39,864 nt of DNA from an uncultured Candidatus Micrarchaeota archaeon. Lineage in GTDB: Archaea; Micrarchaeota; Micrarchaeia; Burarchaeales; Fermentimicrarchaeaceae. The position numbers and the translations under genes were made by a program. Below, in pieces: positions 32,820 through 39,864 of this stretch. Where the stretch lies: the NCBI GenBank assembly GCA_963760615.1, contig CAVXDX010000015.1, forward strand, positions 1-39,864. Direction: 5' to 3'. Position 1 is the first letter of the stretch. Each line of letters opens with the position of its first letter. The notes below the pieces were generated by a model that was given only the letters and a program-made list of their open reading frames with translations, was not told the origin of the DNA and made no database searches.

Positions 32820-35630
32820 ATGGAACTGCAAAACAGAATCAATGAGCTCATAAAAAAGAGGTTTGGGGAGCTCAATGAAATCCAGAAGCTCTCAATACCC
32901 ATAATCCTTAGCGGAGCAAACTCTCTGGTGATTGCTCCAACTGGGTATGGGAAGACTGAGTGTGCGCTGCTTCCTATGCTGAATGGCATAAGCCCTAGCG
33001 GAGGAGAGGGGATAATTGCGTTGTATATCACCCCTCTCAGAGCTTTGAACAGGGATATTTTGGAGAGGATAACATGGTGGTGCGAGGAGCTTGGGGTGGA
33101 GTGCGCAGTGAGGCATGGAGATACATCTCAGAGCGAAAGACTGAGGCAGTCAAAGCATCCGCCGCAGCTTCTCATAACGACTCCCGAGACGCTGCAGGCT
33201 GTCCTCACTGCAAAAAGGCTGGGGCAGGCTTTGAGGAATGTAAGATTCGTAGTAGTGGATGAGGTGCACGAGCTCTTTGAGAGCAAGAGAGGCTCCCAGT
33301 TATCCATTGCATTGGAAAGGCTGCTTGAGAAGAGAGGAATGGAGTTTCAGAGAATCGGCCTCAGTGCAACGGTTGGAAAGCCTGAGGAGGTTGCGAACTT
33401 CCTCACAGGAGGGAGGGAGTGCAAGATTGTAAAGCTTCCGAAGGAGAGGAGGATGGAGCTGAGGGTGGAGTACCCGCTTCCTTCCTCAAAAGACGAGGAG
33501 CTTTCCGACAAACTATTTCTTGAGCCTCGTGCCCTAGCAAGATTACGCTTTTTGAATGAATTGATCGAAACCCATACTTCAACCCTTGCGTTTGTAAATA
33601 CAAGGGCAGTTGCCGAAACCCTCACCTCAAGGCTCATTGCATTCAGGAAGGCCCAGAGGTATGAAGGCTCGGTGGGAATCCACCACGGCTCTCTTTCAAA
33701 GGATGTGAGGAAGCATACTGAAAGAAGGTTCAAGGAAAGGGGGATAAAGGGCTTGCTTGCAACTTCTTCCCTTGAACTGGGAATAGACGTTGGCTCTGTT
33801 GACTTGGTTGTCCAGTACATGTCGCCCCGCCAGGTATCACGCCTCATCCAAAGGGTGGGGCGGAGCGGGCATGCTATTGGGAGGATGCCGAAAGGAGTTG
33901 TCATTGCAGGCGATTTTGACGATATCTGTGAATCAGTTGCAATAATGAAGATGGCGGAAGAGAACAGGCTGGAAATTCCTCCTCTCCAGAGCAATGCGCT
34001 TGATGTTGTCGCTCATCAACTGTGCGGTCTTGTGCTTGAGTATGGAATGATTGAGCTGGAGAGGGCGCACAAGATAATCACAAGGGCATACCCCTTCAGG
34101 AGTCTTCCCTTCTCAGAGTTTGCCTCTGTTGCAGAGCAGCTCCGCTCAGAGGGAATTTTGCATGCTGAGGGGAAGTCAGTCAAGAAGGGAGGCAGGATAC
34201 TCACCTATTACTTTGAAAACCTCAGCACAATTCCCAGTGAGACAAAGTATTTCGTGAAGAATACCGTGACAAACTCAAACATTTCAACGCTTGATGAGGA
34301 TTTTGTGGCAAGCTACCTGGAGAAGAACTCAGTTTTCATAACAAGAGGAGTCCCCTGGAGAGTGCTTGATGTGAGGGATAGGGAAGTCATTGTGGAGCCC
34401 TCGCAGGATATTTCCGCAGCTGTGCCTGACTGGGTTGGAGAGGAAATACCTGTTCCTTTTGAGGTTTCCCAGAGTGTTGGCGAGCTGAGGAGGAGAGTCA
34501 AGGAGAAACTGGAGAAGGAAGAAAGCGTTGCCGGGCTTGGGGAAGAGCTGCATGCCTCGAGGAATGCTCTCAAGCAGATGCAGGAGGTTATTGAGAAGCA
34601 GATGCATCTCTTTCTGCCTGATGATAAAAACATCCTCATTGAAATTTACGAGGATGTTGTGATAATTCATGTCTGCGGGGGCTCGCTTGTGAACAACTCA
34701 CTGATGCGCTGTCTCTCCTCCCTTCTATCCTCCAATTTCTCCTCCAGTGTAAGGGGGAGTGCAGACCCCTACAGGATAATGCTTCAGCTTCCAGGAAGCG
34801 GAAAGGGGATTGTGAAGGAGATGCTCATGAAGATGACTGAGAATGATGTTGCCCCGCTGCTTGAGAGGAACATCTCAAGCTCAAGTTTCTTCAACTACAA
34901 GTTTGTGCACATTGCAAAGGCATTCGGCTTGATTGGCAAGACTGAGAATGTCACCTCCTCCAGAGTAAAGAGGCTCGTGGAGTATTTCTCCAAGTCCCCG
35001 GTATACAGGGAGACAATGAGGGAGCTGCTTGTCGATTACTTCGATGTTGAGAGATGCAGGCTGCTCGTGAGGAAAATCCACTCGGGGGAGATAAAGGTTA
35101 AGGAGCTTCTTGTGGCAGAGCCAACGCCTTTCGGAAGTCTGGGCTTCTCAAAAATCTCCAGAGCAGCGGAATTCATAGCCCCTATAGAACCATCCTCGGA
35201 AATTCTCAAGGCGTTCAGGAAGCAGCTTCTCAAGAAGACTGCAAAATTCCTCTGCACCTACTGCAGCAACATATTCTACTCTCCTCTTGAGAAGCTGAAG
35301 AGGAAAATAAACTGCCCCAGCTGCGGGAGCAGCATGGTTGCCTGCTTCACTGTGAAAGAGGACTGGCCAGAAAGGGTATTCAAGAAGAAAACAGAGGGAA
35401 AAAGCCTGAGCGAGAGGGAGAAGAAGGGTGTTTCATACATAATGAAGTCCGCAAGCCTCATTGATGCATATGGAAAAAGGGCTGCAATTGCCCTCTCCAC
35501 ATATGGGGTGGGGGCTGAAACAGCTGCAAGGGTGCTTGCAAACGTGAGGAGGGAGGAAATGCAGTTCTTTGCGGATTTGCTTGAGGCGCAGAAGACTTTC
35601 ATCAGGACGAAGAGGTACTGGCAGGTTTAG
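32820..35630 (+). CDS. lhr: Lhr-family DEAD/DEAH helicase
   Basis: APTGYGKT, ITPLRALNRD, ITTPETL, VVDEVHE, GLSAT, HHGSLSK, ATSSLELGIDVG, QRVGRSGH, C-terminal CTYC/CPSC Zn finger. Confidence 0.95.
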   Translation: MELQNRINELIKKRFGELNEIQKLSIPIILSGANSLVIAPTGYGKTECALLPMLNGISPSGGEGIIALYITPLRALNRDILERITWWCEELGVECAVRHGDTSQSERLRQSKHPPQLLITTPETLQAVLTAKRLGQALRNVRFVVVDEVHELFESKRGSQLSIALERLLEKRGMEFQRIGLSATVGKPEEVANFLTGGRECKIVKLPKERRMELRVEYPLPSSKDEELSDKLFLEPRALARLRFLNELIETHTSTLAFVNTRAVAETLTSRLIAFRKAQRYEGSVGIHHGSLSKDVRKHTERRFKERGIKGLLATSSLELGIDVGSVDLVVQYMSPRQVSRLIQRVGRSGHAIGRMPKGVVIAGDFDDICESVAIMKMAEENRLEIPPLQSNALDVVAHQLCGLVLEYGMIELERAHKIITRAYPFRSLPFSEFASVAEQLRSEGILHAEGKSVKKGGRILTYYFENLSTIPSETKYFVKNTVTNSNISTLDEDFVASYLEKNSVFITRGVPWRVLDVRDREVIVEPSQDISAAVPDWVGEEIPVPFEVSQSVGELRRRVKEKLEKEESVAGLGEELHASRNALKQMQEVIEKQMHLFLPDDKNILIEIYEDVVIIHVCGGSLVNNSLMRCLSSLLSSNFSSSVRGSADPYRIMLQLPGSGKGIVKEMLMKMTENDVAPLLERNISSSSFFNYKFVHIAKAFGLIGKTENVTSSRVKRLVEYFSKSPVYRETMRELLVDYFDVERCRLLVRKIHSGEIKVKELLVAEPTPFGSLGFSKISRAAEFIAPIEPSSEILKAFRKQLLKKTAKFLCTYCSNIFYSPLEKLKRKINCPSCGSSMVACFTVKEDWPERVFKKKTEGKSLSEREKKGVSYIMKSASLIDAYGKRAAIALSTYGVGAETAARVLANVRREEMQFFADLLEAQKTFIRTKRYWQV

Positions 35631-35678
35631 TTTTTATACACAAAACTGCATAATTTATCCATAAGCTTGAGGGTTTTT

Positions 35679-36527
35679 ATGCCGGAAGCAGAGAAATACA
35701 CCATAGGGGAGCACTTGCTTGAGGATTTCAAAATAGACGGGAAGCGGGAGTTTGTGGGAGGAAATGCAGGTCCGTATCTCGTTCTGGTTAATGCCGAGCA
35801 AGAAGTGTCTGTGATGGAGAGGAATGAGAAGAAAAACAGGTACTGGGTTGCAAAATATAAGGAGAATGGGTTCTGGATTACTGTTTACGATGGAAAGGAG
35901 AAGTGGAACTCGCCTGTCAATATGGATGGAAAAGATGCGCAGTTCTCATGTCTTCCGCTTCTTGACGAAAGGCTTTTCGAGAAGGCTGGAGGGAAAGTTA
36001 AAGACGGATTTATAGGGATGGATGATGTGGGGAAAGCGCTGAGTTGGCATAAAGAAGGCACGCTTCATCTGACGGATGAGGATAGGGATCTTGAAAGAAC
36101 AAGGCTCAAGAACCTTAAGAATATAGCAAGATACAAGGCGGAGACAGAGGAAGCCGCAGGGCTTTTTGAATATGCGCAAAGGCTCAAAACCCATCCAGAA
36201 GTGCTGAAACTTGCCAAGGAGAAGGGATTCATTGAGGAAAGACCGGTTATGACCGAGGAGAAAGCAATGGCGCTTACTGCAATAGACTCCATCGTGAAAA
36301 AAGGAGACAGGGTTACCACGCTAGGAATCCTTGAATGGCTGGAGAGGCAGAGCGGGGTTAAGCCCGGCCCTTCAGAGTTTGGCGACATAGCAAAAATGAG
36401 TATACTCCTCGCTGAAATTGGCAGGGATGGCTATGTGCGGATAACAAAGAGAGGAAGGGAGCTGACTGATTTCGGCAGGAAAGAGCTGGAAGAGTACAAC
36501 AAGAAAAAATTCAGCTATGTGGTGTGA
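35679..36527 (+). CDS. Hypothetical protein with probable C-terminal winged helix
   Basis: Long ORF with own TATA (TTTTTATA at about 35631); C-terminal ...GYVRITKRGRELTDFGRKEL wing-like motif. Start set at ATG 35679. Confidence 0.65.
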   Translation: MPEAEKYTIGEHLLEDFKIDGKREFVGGNAGPYLVLVNAEQEVSVMERNEKKNRYWVAKYKENGFWITVYDGKEKWNSPVNMDGKDAQFSCLPLLDERLFEKAGGKVKDGFIGMDDVGKALSWHKEGTLHLTDEDRDLERTRLKNLKNIARYKAETEEAAGLFEYAQRLKTHPEVLKLAKEKGFIEERPVMTEEKAMALTAIDSIVKKGDRVTTLGILEWLERQSGVKPGPSEFGDIAKMSILLAEIGRDGYVRITKRGRELTDFGRKELEEYNKKKFSYVV

Positions 36528-36533
36528 GTTTGA

Positions 36534-37307
36534 ATGCCAACAATCGTTTTCTCCTCGCAGGATATTGCAGGCAGCAACATAGCAGACAAGCTCATCAGGA
36601 AATTCGGCTTTGAGAGGAAAGGGGACAGATGGGTGAAGGGTGAGTTGGAGCTCATTCAAATTGAAACGAAACTTGTTGATGCAGAGCATCTGTATAACAA
36701 GGAAACGGATTTCCTGGTTTTCATAAGCAAGCACAGAAGCGAGACAGGCAAGCCTTGCTTAACTGCTCACACGCAGGGCAACTGGGGGAAGGCGGAGCTT
36801 GGGGGAAAACCCAAAACATTATGCATCTGCTTTCCCAGCAAGATGAAAATTGTGCTGAAGGAGATGAACTCTTTGAATGACTTGGGCTGGCAGGTGTGCG
36901 CAGAGGCGGACCACCACGGACCTTTGACAAATGCGCCCTCAATTTTCGTTGAGATAGGCAGCTCCGAGAATGAATGGAGGAATGAGCAGGCGACAGAAAT
37001 AGTCGCCTCCGCAGTGATGAAAATGCTTGAGTCCAAGGAAACCTTCCCTGCTGCTTTCGGAATTGGCGGGGGGCATTACGCTCCTTCCTTCACAAAAGTG
37101 ATTCTTGAAAGCGAGTATGCCATAGGGCACATGCTCCCGAAGTATTACATTGATGAGATTGATTTTGAGTGCTTCAGGCAGGGAGTGGAGAAGTCTGCGG
37201 AGAAAACAGAAGTTGCATTGCTGGACTGGAAAGGAATGAACAAGGAGCAGAGGGACAAGGTGCTCGGCTTCCTGAAGGAGCTGAATATTGGCTATAAAAA
37301 GATTTAG
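36534..37307 (+). CDS. dtdA: D-aminoacyl-tRNA deacylase (archaeal DTD2)
   Basis: SKHRSE..PCLTAHTQGN, EADHHGP, FVEIGSSENEW, GIGGGHYAP, GHMLPKY. Confidence 0.95.
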   Translation: MPTIVFSSQDIAGSNIADKLIRKFGFERKGDRWVKGELELIQIETKLVDAEHLYNKETDFLVFISKHRSETGKPCLTAHTQGNWGKAELGGKPKTLCICFPSKMKIVLKEMNSLNDLGWQVCAEADHHGPLTNAPSIFVEIGSSENEWRNEQATEIVASAVMKMLESKETFPAAFGIGGGHYAPSFTKVILESEYAIGHMLPKYYIDEIDFECFRQGVEKSAEKTEVALLDWKGMNKEQRDKVLGFLKELNIGYKKI

Positions 37308-37317
37308 AGGTGTTCTC

Positions 37318-37569
37318 ATGGTGAAAATGAATGTTATAAAACATGATTTCAAGGAATACTGGACCCGCTCGCTGTTGAAGGCGATTACCTACAGAATAAT
37401 AATCCTCATACTGGATTTCACCGTCATCTACCTGCTCACCGGGAAATTTGACATTGCGTTCTGGTTCATGGTTATAAGCAACGTCTACACAAGCGTGGCA
37501 TACTACGTTCACGAAAGGATTTGGAATGGAATAAGCTGGGGCAGGAAAAGAGCAAGCTATGCGAGGTAA
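37318..37569 (+). CDS. DUF2061-like small membrane protein
   Basis: RSLLKAITYRII...YYVHERIWNGISWG pattern; GAGGTG SD before ATG 37318. Confidence 0.8.
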   Translation: MVKMNVIKHDFKEYWTRSLLKAITYRIIILILDFTVIYLLTGKFDIAFWFMVISNVYTSVAYYVHERIWNGISWGRKRASYAR

Positions 37570-37739
37570 AACAAAAAGGAGGGCGGAGTGGGTTATGAGA
37601 AGATATAGATTGTGAGGCGATTGAGATGCTGGAGAAGTCGGATTTAGAATGAAATGATTTTATCGCTAACTATCTTCTATTTATAATTAAAGCAACATAA
37701 ACTAGGAATGCAGGTGAGTTCATAAAAGAAGTTAAGTCA

Positions 37740-38594
37740 TTGAAAAGATCTCTTTGGCAGTCTTGGTCTCAACTTTCGTTATTTAATAAAATACTATTAG
37801 TTGGATCTTTGTTTATAGCTCTAGTCTCTCTTTATTTTGCGGTTACTTCAGATTTGGCGAATAAGCAGCTCGTAGACCAGAATAAACAACTTTCAATTGA
37901 AATTGCAGATTTTAAAAAACAACATAACGAATCTCAACTTGAGGTAATCAATACCTTGAATGAATTCAGCAAGCAGATAAACATGACATTATCAAAATTA
38001 CCTATCCAGACTGAGTGCGTAAATAATGTAACCGACTTTGTTTATGAAAAAAATGGTCTTCACCTCAATGCGAGACTATATGATGGCTGTGATGTAAGCA
38101 GAGTTCCAGTTCATGGAAACTATGTATTCAGTACGTTCACTTCTTACTTCTTAGTGTATCCTGTTTGGAACAAAACCGATAGCAAAATTCATTATTTTAT
38201 AGATACTTTGGGCAGTAACAAAACTAGCGACAGAGTCTCCGTATTCTATAATGAAAACAGACAACTGATAGGTAAATTCTATAGTGATAAAGGCGTAGCA
38301 TACGAAGTCCCGATCGATGTGTCAGATTGGAATCCTTACGAATGGGCTTTAATCATGTATGGTTCAAATCCAAAGCAAGTTTCACTAGTTTATTTAAACA
38401 TACCTAACTGGAAACTCAAAATGAATTTTGTGAATGTTACAGATTACAATCTGGAGATTAGCAACGCTAGTGCATATATTGGTTCTGATGCAGAGGGAAA
38501 AAATCAAGCGTATGCAGTGATTGCAAACGTTCCTGATGAGTGGGTTGGATCCAATAACCTTCCAACTTGTCTGGGAATCCAAAATTTAGCCTAA
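37740..38594 (+). CDS. AT-rich membrane-anchored protein, possible LamG/concanavalin-like C-terminal domain
   Basis: One N-terminal TM, coiled-coil-like segment, then a beta-rich region with WALIMYG...VYLN and YIGSD motifs. TTG start uncertain. Confidence 0.6.
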   Translation: MKRSLWQSWSQLSLFNKILLVGSLFIALVSLYFAVTSDLANKQLVDQNKQLSIEIADFKKQHNESQLEVINTLNEFSKQINMTLSKLPIQTECVNNVTDFVYEKNGLHLNARLYDGCDVSRVPVHGNYVFSTFTSYFLVYPVWNKTDSKIHYFIDTLGSNKTSDRVSVFYNENRQLIGKFYSDKGVAYEVPIDVSDWNPYEWALIMYGSNPKQVSLVYLNIPNWKLKMNFVNVTDYNLEISNASAYIGSDAEGKNQAYAVIANVPDEWVGSNNLPTCLGIQNLA

Positions 38595-38760
38595 TTCTGC
38601 ATAAAACACCATCCCGAAATCCCTGAAATCCGTCCGCCTGAACCGGTATTCCCATACAACAAATCCGCCAGTTTTCCCGCCTGAAAAAGCCGGAAGGAGC
38701 CGGTCTAAACCGGTCTTGTATGGCGCAGGAAAAACGCCTAAGCCATTTCTGCCTCAAAAA

Positions 38761-38786
38761 AGATGCCTCACGTCGGAGAGGCATCT
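38761..38786. other. Perfect 9-bp stem hairpin in a convergent intergenic region
   Basis: AGATGCCTC-ACGTCGGA-GAGGCATCT. Confidence 0.6.
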
Positions 38787-38945
38787 CCTACCGATTTTCC
38801 TCTGAGAAATTATGAAAGAAAAACGCCTTTACCGCTTCACAGACGAGAGCCTTCCGGAAAACCTGAACCGATTTTACCGATTTTCCAGACGTAAATTATA
38901 CCTGAGTAAAAATGCCTCTAAAAACCGAATTTTAAGCAGGAAACC

Positions 38946-39797
38946 CTACGCAGTCACTTTCTTCCTTTTCATTGCCTCTTCAAGCGTCTTTTCGGCTGGC
39001 TTTGACGATACAGTCATCCTTCTTTCAATCTCTTTAACCGCTTCGCGGGCATATTCAACGTCTAGTCTAACATACTGATCCCGGTTGTTTTTGTTTTTAT
39101 CTATAAATTCATTCAGTAACACTTTTGACTTTTCAGTTCCGCTCACCTTTAGCATATCAAACAGAGCAGTCAAATAGTCATTTACATTGCCATCCTTACT
39201 ACTTATTGCCTTTTTCGTTGCCTCTACAAAATCATCTTCATACTTTTTAATCTCTAATCCCCCTTTTTCAATTACAGTAAAAATAGCTCCGATTTCAACG
39301 AAGTCCTTACCCCCCAAACCTGATTTGACAATCGAGATCTCATGCTCTGCAGCAGGAGGCCAGCGCATCCTCTCGAAGATTTCCACTGCCTGTCTCCTGT
39401 TGAATTTCTCAAACTCATCCAATGCAGGCACGCCACCAATCACTTTTTCACCATATTCCATGTCAAGAAATGGCATCCAAAACTCTGCAACTTCTTTTTT
39501 TGCACCCTTATCGCCAATTGCATCAATCAAGGCTGCAGCCGATTCTCTTGCAGTAATAGGCTTGCTCGTAGCTGCAGCAACCAGCGAATCGAGGGCTTTC
39601 TTTTTGTTTTCCGGTGAAGTTAACAATTCCAGAATTTTCTTTCTTTCTCCCGGTGGCATTTCATAATAAAAGACATCGCCTGCCTCCAATTTCTTAATGA
39701 ACTCGTCTGCCTTATTGGCCATAATCCCACACATAGATTGCTCATTTTGTATATTTAAATTAACGTCCTGTCTGCTAAGGGTGCCATTATTTCGCAA
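38946..39797 (-). CDS. Hypothetical all-helical (HEAT-like) protein
   Basis: Long ORF of amphipathic helices (ARESAAALIDAIG, VRLDVEYAREAVKEI) with a basic tail. True start probably 39723-39735. Confidence 0.65.
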   Translation of the reverse strand: MRNNGTLSRQDVNLNIQNEQSMCGIMANKADEFIKKLEAGDVFYYEMPPGERKKILELLTSPENKKKALDSLVAAATSKPITARESAAALIDAIGDKGAKKEVAEFWMPFLDMEYGEKVIGGVPALDEFEKFNRRQAVEIFERMRWPPAAEHEISIVKSGLGGKDFVEIGAIFTVIEKGGLEIKKYEDDFVEATKKAISSKDGNVNDYLTALFDMLKVSGTEKSKVLLNEFIDKNKNNRDQYVRLDVEYAREAVKEIERRMTVSSKPAEKTLEEAMKRKKVTA

Positions 39798-39864
39798 GCA
39801 TAAGAAACCGAGTCTGTTCCATCTTGCGTTTCCTCAACCCAGTCACCTAAGACCATAGCTCAGT

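Noticed and set aside
15867-37307. Functional link between AlaX/DtdA tRNA editing and the GNAT array
   Set aside because: Both are common housekeeping genes 5-10 kb from the array, in separate operons; proximity alone is not evidence.
37594-37652. Short peptide-like stretch (EAIEMLEKSDLE*) at the junction with the AT-rich region
   Set aside because: It may be a gene remnant but is too short to assign.
38600-38945. CRISPR array, here or in any other repeat of the window
   Set aside because: No identical 24-47 bp repeats with unique spacers, and no cas genes.
38812-39078. 88-aa plus-strand ORF MKEKRLYRF...
   Set aside because: It runs through the repeat region and into the antisense of the 38946 gene; no SD or recognisable domain.
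248-39666. Numerous antisense or alternate-frame ORFs in the track (e.g. 844-1425, 2498-3307, 16838-17485, 19427-20173, 20439-21197, 33347-33994)
   Set aside because: They lie opposite well-supported genes, are Ser/Leu/Phe-rich shadow translations and carry no motifs.
39798-39864. Possible gene entering from the right edge
   Set aside because: Only about 30 codons are visible, with stops in the upstream frames; no supportable call.

Overview
Archaeal chromosomal DNA, about 45 genes at high coding density. TATA/BRE promoters, a thermosome, a BHB-intron tRNA, split transketolase, DTD2 and LxGC-type lipoproteins support this; a DPANN lineage such as Micrarchaeota is my inference. Housekeeping genes: thermosome, tRNA-Glu(TTC) with a 16-nt intron, tmk, pyrB-pyrI, two prs paralogs bracketing a CpG-rich tal/tkt/tkt/rpe block, hxlB, gdhA, a shortened DRG-like GTPase, alaX, an intein-bearing class II ribonucleotide reductase with nrdR and cobO, split formiminotransferase/cyclodeaminase, a KaiC-like ATPase, Lhr helicase and dtdA. 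The best candidate for an undescribed system is a ~5.2 kb accessory block (21.5-26.75 kb). It holds five clearly paralogous GNAT domains plus one divergent GNAT-like gene around an AbrB-like gene. Several copies have eroded acetyl-CoA loops, two are fused to long helical domains, and the block is bracketed by a 22/25-identical direct repeat. Also notable: tandem NrdR boxes laid over an archaeal TATA promoter, and a compact module of two amicyanin-type blue-copper lipoproteins plus a 70-aa His-x13-His membrane protein. No rRNA, CRISPR array, transposase or integrase was found. All calls come from reading motifs by eye; no database searches were run.
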